Assembly (NCBI RefSeq): GCF_009914755.1
Contig: NC_060926.1
Reading direction: 5' to 3' (one strand)
Length of the DNA: 64,000 nucleotides
Source of the DNA: the human T2T-CHM13v2.0 reference genome, Homo sapiens
Below, piece by piece: positions 21,162 through 34,357 of this stretch. The notes under the pieces were generated by a model. That model was not told where the DNA came from, did not search any database, and was given only the letters and a program-made list of their open reading frames with translations. Position 1 is the first letter of the stretch. Each line of letters opens with the position of its first letter. Both the position numbers and the translations under genes were made by a program.

Positions 21162-23600
21162 TTGACCTTCTCTTTGCTGAATTGCTTTTCCACCTTTGTT
21201 AAAAATCAGTTGGGCATATTTTTGTGGGTATATGTCTAAGCTGTCTATTCTGTTCCATTGTGCCTATCACTCTGCCAATACTTCAGTCTTGATTACTGGG
21301 TAAGATATTAACAAGATTGTCAGGTATTGACACAGTAGTATAAAATATATATTATATATTCAAGCTATATAATAATTCTTGAAATTAGGTAGACTGATTT
21401 TTCCCACATTGTTCTTTTTCAGAATTGTGTTAGCTTTCTAGTTCTTTTGCTATTCCATATAAATTTTAGAAAAATCTTTCATTCGTCTATGAAAACCTTG
21501 CTAGAATTTTGATAAGAATTGTGTTAAACCTACAGATTAATTTGGCATCTTCATTATGTTGAGTCTTCTAATCCACGCATACAGAATGTCTCTCCTTTTT
21601 TTTTTTTTAGATCTCTGATTTCTTTCATCAGCATTTTGTGGTTTCAACACACGTCTTTTGGATCTAGGACTAAGCACAGAGTTATTGACAGCAATTTTTT
21701 GGGGCAGTTGAAAATAATATTGTACTTTTAATTTTGGTATCTACATATTCATTCCTAGTACACAGAAATGCAATTGATTTTTATACGTTTATCTCATATC
21801 TTGTGACCTTGATGAACTCACTTATGACTTCTAGGATTTTTTGGTTGATTACTGGGGATTTTCTATGTAGACAATGATGTCATCTGCAAATAGGAACAGT
21901 TTTGTTTATTCCTTTCTGATCTGTACACTTTTTATTTCCTTTTCTTCCCTAATTGTTCTGGCTAGAACTTTCAGCACAATGTTGAATAGGAGTGGTATAA
22001 GAAGACATCCTTGACTTAGTCTTTTACCGTTAAGTAAATTAGCTGTTCTTTATCAAGTTGTTACATGCTCTTTATCAAGTTGAGGAAGTTCCCCTCTATC
22101 TAATATTTCTAGGAGAGTTTTTTGTTGTTGTTGTTGTTGCTTGCTTGTTTTATTGTCTTGAAGTGCTCAATGTTATCAAAAGTGTTTTCTGCATTGGTTG
22201 ATATAAATCTGATTTTTCTTCTTTAGCCTGTTAATACAGTGAATTACACTGACTGATTTTCAAATATTGAAACAGGCTTGCATCCCTGTAATAAATTCCA
22301 TTAGTCATGGTATATAATTCTCTGCATGTATCACTGAATTCTATTTGGTAATTTGTAAAGATTTTTGCATTCATGTTCATGAAAGACATTGTGCTCGCTC
22401 TCGCTCTCTGTGTGTGTGTGTGTGTCTTTGGTACTTAATATCAAGGTATTACCTTCATAAATGAATTGGAAAGTATTCTCTTGTATTCTATTTTCCAGAA
22501 AAGACTGTGTAGAATTATGTTAATTCTTTAAGTATTTGGTAGAATTCTCCAGTGAAATCATCCATGCCTGGAAATTTCTTTAGGGGAAGTTTTAAAATTT
22601 AATTTTCTGAATAGTTAAAGGGCTATTCAAATGATCTACTTCATACTGGGTAAATGGTGGTAGTTTGTGTTTTTCAATGAATGAGTCTATTTTATCAAGT
22701 TGTCAATGTATGCAGAGTTATTCATAATATTCCTTTATCCTTTTAATATCTGTAAGGTATATGGGGATATCCCCTATTTCATTCCTGATATTGTTAATTT
22801 ATGTTTCCTCTCTCTTTTTCTTAGCTACACGTTTGTCAATGTTACTGATTTTTCAAAGAACCAGATTTTTGTTTCATTGAATTTCTTCACTGGTTTTCAA
22901 TTTCATTTATTTCTGCCTCCATCTTTATATCAATTTTCTGCTTATTTTGAGTTTAATTTGCTCTCTCCAGATTCTTGAGGTAGAAGCTTAGATTACTGAC
23001 TTGAGACTTTCCTCTTTTCTGATGTAACCATTTTGTGCTAAAAATTTCTTTCTCAGCATAATTTAGCTGAGTCCCCAAATTTCACTTTGTTGTACTTTCA
23101 TTTTCATTCAGTCCAAGATATTTTTTGAATTTCTCTTGAGGCTTTCCTTTTAACTCATGAATTATTTACAAGTCTGGTTTTAATTTCCTAGTGTTGGAGA
23201 TTTTCCTGGTATCTTTCTGTTATTGATTTCTAGTTTTATCCCATTATGGCTAGAAAACACGCTCTATATGATTTCAATTCTTTTATGTTTTTTGAATTTT
23301 GTTTTATGGTTCAAGATATTGCTTATCTTTGTGAATGTTCATGGGCACTTGAACTAAATATGTATTCTCATGTTGCTGGGTAGAGTGTTCTTATTGTTGA
23401 TCAGATCCTCTTGGTTGATTATGTTATTGAGTTTTTCTATATACTTGACAATTTTCAGTCTCATTGTTCTACCAATTGTTGAGAGAGAGGTGCTAAAGTC
23501 TCCCACTATAATTGTGTATTTCTGTTTATCTTTTCAATTCTAACAGTTTTTGCTTCACATATATTGTAGCTCTGTTGTTTGGGGCATACATATTTAGGAC
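21162..23600 (-). mobile_element. Old L1M (L1MB/MC-like) ORF2 fragment
   Basis: Degenerate antisense L1 sequence (gtcatctgcaaatagg, gctagaactttcagcacaatgttgaatagg, tgaggaagttcccctct). Confidence 0.82.
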
Positions 23601-23721
23601 ACTCTCCTTGAGTGGGGTTCCAACCCTTACTAGGCTGCCTTCCTGACTTCCCTCCTGCGGCCTCAGTGCCAACTGGGCTGCCTTCCTGCTCTGCTCAGGC
23701 TTCCCTAGTGGGTTTGTGACT

Positions 23722-23862
23722 GAGAGGGAGGGAGGGATGGAGGGAGGAAAGAAGGAAGGAAGGAAGGAAGGAAGGAAGGAAGGAAGGAAGGAAGGAAGGA
23801 AGGAAGGAAGGAAGGAAAAGGAAGAAAGGAGGAGGGAGGGTAGGGGGAGGAAAGGAGGGTGG
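23722..23862 (+). repeat. Polypurine tract containing (GGAA)16 at 23754-23817
   Basis: Counted directly. Confidence 0.95.
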
Positions 23863-26196
23863 GCCAGATTAACTTATTTTTTTGGTTGACTTGTAAACTG
23901 CCTTCTCTTTAAAACAAAAAATCTTCCTTTTTCTGACATCACTGAGTCCTTAGAAGTTTCCACATCAGAAGCAATAATTCCTATTCCTTGAACCTCTTAG
24001 TGCTCCCTATCCATCTGGAAGAAATTACAGAGAAATGTGTGCACATATGTGTATGTGTGTGTATGTGATGTCTTTATACCAGTTTGACATGTTAGTATAG
24101 GTTTTTATTGAAGAAGAAAACATGGAGGACCAGTTGCAATAAAATGAGCTGGTATTGGAAAGTAATCAAATCTAAAGAAAAGTCCAGGCCACAGAAAGGC
24201 AAATTTTCATTTCTTTTCTCACCTGCCATCTTCTATGAAATACCTTCCTAACAAACAGGACAGTTGCTATATACTTAAAAATTAGCATTGATGTTTTATC
24301 ACTAAATAAAGCTTAGTCACTCACAGTGTATTTCACTTGTTCAACAACTTTTGGCACCTGATAAGTGCCTGACAGTATTAGAACCTAATGCCTTATAAGT
24401 TGATATTTAAATCCGCAAATGTTTAAAGGATAATAGTTTATTTTTCCTTAGAGCTCAGCATTAATTTTTTCCTGAAACAATGACTAAGTGTTTAGCTATT
24501 TACTGAACCAGCGAGTCATGGATATAATCAAATAATACATTTATTCTCTTTTTCCCTATACTAGGTCCGATCTCCTTTATGAGGTTACTTCTTTTCCTGC
24601 CACTTCATGCAAAATCTCCAACAAATAATAAAGAGTTCTCTAGGCACTTTAGTTTAAAACATAACTTCATGTCAGCAATCAATACATCTGTTCCAGTATG
24701 ACAATCACAGACTCCTAACATTGTTAAACTTATTAAAACTCCTTCCCGCCTTCCCCTAAAGACTGAGTGGGTAACGAGACATGGCTGACTTCTCTGTTCC
24801 CCAACCTAGGGCTTCTCCTCCTCCTCATCTGCCTCTGCCTCCTCCAGTTCTAAAGGGGATAGGCAAAGGAAGACACATTAGGAGCAGGGACAATGGTCTG
24901 ACTGGCACCCTTCTGGCAGTGATGTCTTCTGACCAGGCCAGATGTTTACAATTGTCCCTCTCTTAGATGCTGAATTAGGTTCTCCACCATCACTGGGGTG
25001 TCTCACCTGCAGTGCCTCTGCCTGGGTGAATGGACCTTCCTGCTGGTAACTTATATTCCCCTCTCCACACTAGGAATCCTGGGTCTCCTGACTCTTCCAC
25101 GCAGCCTTCCCGAGTGGGATCAAGGAGAACCCCAGGCTAGCTCTGGCCCTTGGCTCACATTTGGACATTGGGAAATATATACTTTGACCCATCATTTCTG
25201 AGAGTGGAGTGATTTCCCAAACACAGCCTTCTTCTTATTTAGCTGCCTGGCCAGCAAGTTCTGGTCAGAGCCATTTAGTCTTCAGATTTATCATATACCA
25301 GTCTGGCATGCTCCCTAAATTGTGTGGGACACAAATAAGATATCTAAGCAATCTCCCTGAAGCTTCCCTCCCTTAAGGTTGGGGTCAAGAGAAGGCATTC
25401 TATCTCCTCCACTATGAGGGGTGGTAGAATTCACAGCAGAGCTAGCTCCAAAGAAGCCTTCTCTCTAATCTCTAACTTCTTGTTCTTTCCAACTGTGACT
25501 TTAGAAATGGGGAAGGGGGCCATGAGTTGAAGCACCAGTATCTCACTTTGAAATGTGGAGGCAATGCCCCAGTGTCCTAGGCCCTCAACTGAAGGCAAAA
25601 CTGAAATGTTCTATTTTAACACATCCTGTTGAATTGTTCTTTCATCAGCTGCCAAATTCATTCATGGTAAAGCCCCCCAAATTTTTTCTGCCACATTACA
25701 AAAAAAATGGAACATCTTATCATAAAAAATTGTCTATTCCACTGTTTTGGATATAGATTTACATCCAAATTCTAACTCAAAATTTGTGAACTTATATTCA
25801 CATCTGAGAGGATGCCAGTGGTATCAAAATATCCATGCTCACCCCCACCCTCGCCCTTAATGAGAGTTCCTCATAGGATTTTATGTTTCTCTCCAACTGA
25901 ATTAAATAGAAGAAAACACAAGACCAGCATTGTTGAGGTTTCCAGAGAACACTGCCCCTTGGCAGGCTGCCTGCTGGGAGGTCAGGCACAACCCAAGTCC
26001 TTCTCTTAGCAGGACCTCTGAGGAGAGAAAACAATCATCAGAGACTTGTTTGGAGCTGGGGTTCAAATTTACTGATTTTTCATTTTCTTGTCCTTAGATG
26101 ACCACCCAGTAGTTTTCCTTTTTTTAAATGCTTTTCTCTACCTGCTTTCTTAGTCTTGAGAGGCGTAATGACACATTGCCAATGTAAGTCCATATT

Positions 26197-26496
26197 ATTT
26201 TTCTAAGAGATGGGGTCTTGTTCTGTCACCCAGGCTGTACTGCAGTGGTGCAATCATAGGTCACTGAAACCTCAAACTCCTGGGCTCAAGCAATCTTCAT
26301 GCCTCCGCCTCCTGAGTAGCTAGGACTACAGGTGCACATCACATCACCATACCTGGTTAATTTTAAAAATACTTTTGTAGAGACAAGGTCTTGCTATGTT
26401 GCCCAGGTTGGTCTTGAATTCCTGGACTCAAGCAATCCTCCCACCTCAGCCTCCCAAAGTGATGGGATTATAAGCTGTGAGCCACTGCACCTGGCC
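26197..26496 (-). mobile_element. AluJ
   Basis: Diverged full dimer. Confidence 0.88.
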
Positions 26497-28211
26497 ATAA
26501 GTCTGTCTTATACAGACACATATAGTTATTCAGAGCCGGGTGGTAATGGTTTTCTAAAGTCCGGTGATAAACACAAGAAACAACCTAAAACATTGAGTCG
26601 TTTATTTGAAAGCAGCATAATTTTAGTGTTGAGTTGCCCAAGACACAGTTGCTTTCAGTCTTTCTTCAGAGAATCCCAGAAGCTCCTAGAATATGTAAGT
26701 AGGGGCATTTGTCACCCCTACTTATTCTCACAGTTGAAGTTCAAGTTCATTCCTATCATTGAACAGGGGAGAAGATTCAGAGAAGCAGCCAAATTCCAAG
26801 TGATTTGGCATGAAAAAATCTCAGCCTGAAAGTAATCAGAGGCCTAGAGTTTTCAATCTCTCTAAGTTTTGTAGACAATTTACATAATTACATTGGCACA
26901 CACATTTTTCCATTTCAATAAAAAAGCCTCAAAGATCTTTATGTTCATGGACAAATCTTTAATATTGTAAAAAATATAAAATAAACCAATATAAACTCAA
27001 AAATTCCAAATAGGGGCATGATTCCTTGATTTTTCTTTTCAGAGCCAGTAAGAATACATTTCAGATAGAGGAAAAGGGAGGTCTGGAACTTTCCTTTGCC
27101 AATACCCTTCCTCCACTCAAACATACACAAGAAGCTTTATTAGCCAAGTCTCCCCCACTTTGCTTTGATATTTTGAGCCCAATTGAATATGACTGATCAC
27201 AGCTCTCAGTACATGTTTGTGGGCAGATTTTTGCTTGCACACATAGTACGAACGTCTTTGATCAAGACCAGCTGAGAATACTGGCCTAAATAGGTAGACT
27301 TGGCAGAATTCTCAACCTTGGCTATTTCTATCAAGGCTAAGGGGTTCATACTACCTTTTAGAAGTCTTTTTTCCTCATGGAACTAATTAAATATAAGTCT
27401 GTATAATAGAAGTAAAGTTAAAACAACTATAATAATTTCTGTTTATTTTTGATTACAGCAAAACGGACTGAACACAAAGTGGTTTATAAATTCCATGCTT
27501 ACGATCACAGACAGGAGCCACAAACCATGAATGCCAAAGTAAACGCAGACCAAGCTGAGTGTCAGAGTCAAAGAAAATATACATCAAATTTAATGATACA
27601 TATTTAATGATATGTATAATCACTGTAATTGCTTGAGTAGACAGGAGGAGGCGCCAAAGACACATTTCATCAGCCTCACAAATCAGCTGGTCCAGATGGC
27701 CCCCCATCTTCTTCAATCCTACTCCAGCGCCCAGAGGACAAAGTCCCTGGACCGGTAGTGAAGGCCAGAGGACCACACATACTCATTTACTCTCTCCATT
27801 CCCTCCACAGGCCAGAAGCATAGGCTGGGATGGTGGAGTCAAAAATGATCTCCTTGCACAATTCCTGCTCAGAAGCTCAAATAACCTATGAAGAGCTACC
27901 AGATGTGTGTCTCTTTGTCAACATAACTCTAGCACAAAGCACAGAGTCAGGGACAATTTGTTAAAAGGATGACCCCTGCGAAGACGGCTATTTGTGTTGG
28001 GAGATGAGGAAGAAGATTGGCATGGCAATGTGAAAGTCTTAGAAATTCACCTCCTAGTGCATGTAAGTTAATTGGTTTGCTTTCCTAACATCTAATACCC
28101 AAGGAAATTGGAGTTTTAAAGACTGTTAAGATATTGGGTTCCTACAGAAAGAGGGAAAATATATGAGAAAAAGCATCCCCCTCAAAACCCCACTTCTTCA
28201 TTTAATACTTG

Positions 28212-29030
28212 TTTTGGGGTTTTTAAAAAAACTTTTAGGTTCAGGGGTACATGTGCAGGTTTGCTATATAGGTAAATTTGTGTCATGGGGGTTTGCTGTA
28301 CAGATCATTTTGCCACCCAGGTACTAAGCCTTTTACCAAATAGTTATTTTTTCTTATTTTCTCCCTCCTCCCACCCTCCACCCTTAAGTAGGCCCCAGTG
28401 TCTGTAGTTCCCCTCTTTGTGTCCATGTGTTCTCATCATTTAGCTCCCCCTTATAAGTGAGAACATGCAGTATTTGGTTTCTTGCTCCTGTGTTTGTTTG
28501 CTAAAGATTATGTCCTCCAGCTGTATCCATGTTCCTACAAAGGACATGATCTAGTTCTTTTTTATGGCTGCATAGTATTCCATGGTATCTATGTACCATA
28601 CTGTCTTTATCCAGTCTACTGTTGATGGGAATTTAGGTTGATTCCATGTCTTTGCTATTGTAAATAATGCTGCAATGAACATACATATGCATGTATCTTT
28701 ATGGTTAGAATGATTTATATTCCTTTGGGTATACACCCAGTGGTGGGATTGCTGGGTTGAATGATAGTTTTGCTTTTAGGTCTTTGAGGAATTGCCACAG
28801 TGCCTTCCACAATGGTTAAACTAATTTACACTCCCACCAACAATGTATAAACATTCCCTCTTCTCCACAACCTGGCCAGCATCTGTTATTTTTTGACTTT
28901 TTATTAATAGCCATTCTGACTGGTATGGGATGGTACCTCATTATGGTTTTGATTTGCATTTCTCTAATGATCAGTGATGCTGAGCTTTTTTTCATACGCT
29001 TATGGCCACACATATGTTTTCTTTTGAAAT
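28212..29030 (-). mobile_element. 5'-truncated older L1PA (about L1PA13-16) 3' end
   Basis: ggttcaggggtacatgtgcaggtttg...; ORFs 28551..28736 and 28816..29034 are ORF2p fragments. Confidence 0.88.
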
Positions 29031-30005
29031 TCACTTAACACTTGTATCAAAGACAGGCCCTATTCCCTTTTCCCTCCTTTCAGAACCCTTTCCTCCTGTC
29101 TTATCTCCTGTTCTAATCCATCCACAGTTAGGTGAGCCAGCAGTGGGGATAAGATACCTGCAAAGGCCTGATTTGTGGTTCCACTCCTAGGGGAAAGTCC
29201 AGGATTGTTTTCAGGGTTGTGTTTTGTTTTGATTGGGAGGGGTTGGGGCATAAGAATGTTTTTAGCCTACTTAGGATCTTTGCTTTGTACGAACTACACC
29301 CCAGAGGAATTTTGGGATGCATTCCAAAATAGGAATACATAAAACTTTCTGTCCCACTAAAACCATTCAGGAAAGTGAGAGGAGAACTTTCATCCTGTGT
29401 TACAAACGGCTGACTGAGGTTTCTTTCCTGAAAGCAAACAACAGTAACACTTCTACCAATTATATTGATAATCCGGTCTGTTCGACTGACAGTGTAAATT
29501 AAGATCAATTAACACCTCCTCCTAACCGTTTTTGAATGTTTTATAATTGTCACAAATAGTCATCTCTTTGTAAATTACACAGGGCAAATGTTGATCTAAT
29601 CAAAGGGGGGTAATTTCATTTTCAGACAAAATTTGTGAAACCTTCTTATGGACAGGAAAAACTCTTACTTGAATAACAGAAATAATGGTACCAAAATGGT
29701 CTTCCTGAAAAAATGAAGATATTGCATGCGATATGTTATTTCTATACAAAGAAGGTGTTAGGATAATTATCCTGAGTTTCTAGACTATGAAGGATTAAAG
29801 ATAACTCACAAAAGTACTATAGAATAGCACACATTATTAAGACTATAATAACAAACTGTATAATAAAAGTTTGTTTTATCATGACAATTATGACATGGTT
29901 TTCATAGAGAAAACCAATTAAAGACAGCTGTGTCTTAAGTATATTTTGGAAGGCAGGCTCATAATATGTAGTGACAGTAGAAAGCCTTCACTCTGCCACT
30001 GATTA

Positions 30006-30006
<1 letters not shown>

Positions 30007-30040
<34 letters not shown>
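30007..30040 (+). repeat. (CA)n microsatellite
   Basis: Seen directly. Confidence 0.95.
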
Positions 30041-30042
<2 letters not shown>

Positions 30043-30417
30043 CATACACATTTTGTGAGGAGCATTTCTTATATGGGATCTAAACACAAAGCCATATTTG
30101 CTAATAGGTCTATACCAACTTCCATGGCAATGCTGGTGTTAGGAGGCAGAAATGGTACTGCCTTATATCGATGACTACCATGCTTTTGTGCTGTGCTTAA
30201 AAGCCTTGGGTGGTGGTGGGGCTCTAACCTGCAATGGAAGGCAGCATGGTGCAGTAGAAAAAACACTTTTTGAAATCAGAATTCATGAAATCCTGATTCA
30301 TGGACCCACTTTTTACACAAGCCAGAGCTACAACTCTGGAAAAAAACAGTTAATGCCTCTGTGATTTGGGGTATGTGTGTGTGTGTGTGTTAGAGAAAAC
30401 AAAACAAAACAACTCAC

Positions 30418-30529
30418 CAATTCCAGACACTGCCTGTGCCCATAGGCGGCAGCATAATGTATGCTATTGTAACCTTCCTTGTCCCGGATAGATGGATTTG
30501 CATCATTTTGAAGCAGAAACTCTAGACAT
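30418..30529 (-). CDS. ANKRD44: ANKRD44 coding exon (112 bp): (L)[37 protein letters not shown]
   Basis: cttacag|ATGTCTAG...GAATTG|gtgagt; within supplied ORF 30328..30567; phase 2 to 0. Confidence 0.96.
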
Positions 30530-30682
30530 CTGTAAGTATAAAGATGAAGTGTTATTTTAGAAAACATCTCTGGACTGAAAAAGATAATTTATGTAAATCC
30601 TCCTATTACGAACGTTCCATGAAGTACTTTATGAGTTTGTTTCTTTAAAAATCCTACAGCAATGAAGTTTTATGTGTTGAAA

Positions 30683-30684
<2 letters not shown>

Positions 30685-30719
<35 letters not shown>
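30685..30719 (+). repeat. (TG)n microsatellite
   Basis: Seen directly. Confidence 0.95.
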
Positions 30720-30723
<4 letters not shown>

Positions 30724-33365
30724 TTTCTGTAGCTATCTTTATTTGAGCTTAATATAGCCATTCTAGAATTCAGGAAAAGCTTTAGGAAAAAGAGGGTAAT
30801 TACGATTTTTTTCTCCTCATCTTCAGGTAAGAACATCTGTTATCAAGATTACTGAATAGCAAGTTTTGGAGCTCCATGTTCAACAAAGTCTCAATAAAGA
30901 AGTGGTCAGTATCAGGGCAAGTAACAGGGCAACCTCAATAGGGAGGGGTTTACTCTTAACCTCACCATAAAATCAAAGGTTAGAAAATGAAAGTTAAAAA
31001 GAGTAAGAAAAAAAAATAAGAATAGCCTAAACAATAAAAAGATTAAAGGAATGGGTAAGCATTTTTAAAGAATGAAGAATTAACTTCATAACCACATATG
31101 AATAAAGAGGCTTAAATTTCACCATTAGGAATATAGACCTGAAAAATCAATGTTTAAAGCCTTTTCAGGCAGAGTTGTAATTTTTCTGAAAAAGCCACAG
31201 TCTTTGGAATGCTTAGAGGAAGGAGCACGGCTCCACCTTCACTGAAGAGCCCAAAACTCTGGTTCACAAGTACCCAGGAATGTAATAAGTTCTGCTCAGG
31301 GCCTACTGCAAACGGTCCAGTCCTGCTGGGAAAGAGGGAGTCACTAGTCAGGAAGCGCTGCTTCATAGCATCAGCATTATCCCTGTGGCAGTGGGACAAA
31401 CATGTCTTTTACAAGACCAAGCTGATTCAATTTCATACTCAAATCAAAATGTTAAGATTCTAAATATCAACCCATACATTAAATAAGACCTTCCAATAGA
31501 AAATTTCTATAGTTTACCCAAAAACTATAAATAGCATTTACCTATCTTTTGGTATAAGGCAAAACGAAAAAAGTCAATTACACATAGGGACAATTAAAAC
31601 AGACACTTCAATTTCTAGAAAAACTGATGAAAGCCATACATTTAAAAAAAACCAAATACCCACATGTCAATAATAAATCAAACTATTCTTAGAGTCTTGC
31701 TATTATTCTCTCTTCGGTCATTTGCACCTTATAAGGAAGGAAGTTCTTTTTTATTTTGGTAATTAAATGCCCATGGAAAGGATCCCAGGTATGACTCACT
31801 GTAAATTGAATTTGACTCTTTAAATGAAATCACTCAATAGGAATAACATGCTAGTGGACACACAATTCCCAATTTCTGAATGGATTATATCCTAAAAATC
31901 AGTTAATAAATTGAATTTGTAATATAGCCAAACTATATATACTAACAACAGTATTATTATAATAAAAGTAATGTAGAATTTGCATATTCTCCACATTGCT
32001 TGTAAGGAAAACATGCATTCCGTGTTTTCACTGGGAATGCCTAGTTTTTTTCTCTTCCCAGAGCCTAGTAATTTTGGCAATTAAGATGCAAAGCCAACAG
32101 ATGCACATGACGTCAGAGGCGTATCTGGATACAGGGAGTGGCCTCCCTTTGCATAGAAGAACTCTCAGGCAGCTGGTTCCCCCTGCCCCCCTACCTTTCT
32201 TGTCCCCTCCCTCTCTATCAGCTTGTCTGGCTCAGGGCAAGCTTGCAGTTCACTGTAAAAGGAAGCGTTTGCTGCAGTGGCTTAAGATGCTAGTCTTTTA
32301 ATATTGTTATTTTAAATTTGGGGGTATTAAAGCAAAACTCTGGTCATTCTATTTTATTCACTGCTGCATTTCCTGTCCTCATCCCAATTACCATCGAAGT
32401 TAGGTCCCACAACCTGCATTGGAGCCACACTCTCTAACTTCCTTTCCACAACAGTCTGGGCATGGGAGGAGCACAGTGGAAAACCCTGGAGTAGACACAG
32501 GCATTCGGGCCACAGAAAAACTGGCTCCTCTAACAATGGAAGAATAAATAAGTTAACAACGATGTGCCTGCAGACTCATAGAGCACCATATCCACTGGAT
32601 TCCACAGGGGTGAGGCACAAGGAGTGGGTACCAATTCGTTTGTTTGTTCATTTACTCAACAGTTATTGAATATTGACTATGTGCTAGGCACTGCACTGAG
32701 CACTGTAAGCTTCTCACTGTGACCTGTGGTGCAGAAAAGACTCAGAGGACGAAGCTGTAGAGGTTCCCGTGCATCTACAGCCCTGAGTGATGGCAGGCAC
32801 TCCCACCCCTGCCACAGCAAAGAGCTACGTCTCTGTTAGAAGCCAGGGAGAGGCAGGTGGGATGAGGGGCCCAGGAGCATCCTTTTGCAGGAGCAGGAGG
32901 CTCTTCCTAAATTGATGTGCATGTGGGCTGGGGGTGAGGGGAAAGCACAAATGGTTATTTCACACCGAAGTATTAAGACCTTTTAAAATAGAATCTGCTA
33001 AATAGATGTCCCCAGGTCATAAGAGCAGAACCTAAGCCTCTGAGAGGAGTCTTTGTTTGTCTTCCTTGGTACATGATGCATCGCAGTTAGAATGATATTT
33101 AGGACACCAGGTCCTAAAAACTGCTGACCAATCACAGTGGTGGCTGAAGCAAAGCGTACAATTTTAGAAAGTTCCCTGTGTGAAAATAGCAGAATTGAAG
33201 GCTGTATTAAAAGAATAGTTTCTTCCCCATTAAAGGCAAGCCCATATCACTTCCTCAAGATCCCAAGTGAAACCCCAAAATAGTAAGGCAGGCAACGTGG
33301 CAACTCAGAAAAGCAGAAGAAGCGTCAGAAATGGCACCTTGTTCTTAAGCTGAGAAGAAACTTAC

Positions 33366-33446
33366 AGTGTGGCTTCCTTTTCCTTCAGCTCCCTGGCTCT
33401 TTCAAGTTCTTCTGAATTATCATGGGCATTTCCTAAGATAGTCTTA
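33366..33446 (-). CDS. ANKRD44: ANKRD44 coding exon (81 bp): (N)KTILGNAHDNSEELERARELKEKEAT(L), non-ankyrin insert
   Basis: gagaag|TAAGACT...CCACACT|gtaag; open in phase 2 to 2 and matches the recalled ANKRD44 protein. Confidence 0.92.
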
Positions 33447-34096
33447 CTTCTCAGCATAAAGGATAGAAAAAAAAATTGCAATTAATTTTTTAAATGGCAA
33501 AGCTGTTAATGGTTTTGGTGCAATTTATATCTCAATGATTTTTACCCCAACCCAAAAGAAGTAAGCACCACTGATTTTCATTGAAGATATACATGGTTCT
33601 CTCCAAAGCCATCCAGTAAATCTATTCTCTCCCAAGGATCCAACTGGAATATGATTTCTTAAAACTTCCACTTAAGTATCAGCAATTAAGGTAACAATCA
33701 AGTTGCCCACCCTTCTATAAACATCCTAAACTTCCCAAGTAAAGAAGTGAGTTAGCTAAAACTTCTCTGACTCCTACCACATTCCCCACTGCCTCCTTGC
33801 CAGCTCAGCATCTCATTTGTCCAGAAATGGGGTCCTATTCACCCTTCGTCTGCCAGAACAATTCTTCATCATCCAGAATTCCTTTTCCAGCTCTTGACAG
33901 ATGAAGTATATTGTTTCCCCATCCTTTTCACCACCCCCAATCTATTCCAATGAATTGCCTGGAGCTTGGCACATAGTAGATGCTCAATAAATGTTTGTTA
34001 AGCAATGTCTGTTTATAACCTGCATGCCTAAGGGATCAGAATGCTACATCTGATATTATTATTTTGATTTATTATATAACTATGAAGAGGAAACAA

Positions 34097-34357
34097 GCAG
34101 TATTTTTCAAACTATGGATCATAAGCCATTACTGAATTGTGAAATCGACTTAATGGGTTGTAGTCAGCAAGATTTTTTATCTAATGAAACAGAGAAAATG
34201 TCAGAATGCATCACACATGGTAAAAGTAAATATGATTTTATGAAAACTTTATTTCCATTTTACATACTATATGAACTATATATATGTGAATGTGCATATG
34301 GGGTCATGACTGTAAGATGTTACTTCTCACTGTGGGTCACCATCTAAAAGCCATTGC
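34097..34357. mobile_element. Probable hAT-Charlie-type DNA transposon remnant
   Basis: Starts cagtatttttcaaact and contains ctgtgggtcac near the end; family not resolved. Confidence 0.45.
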
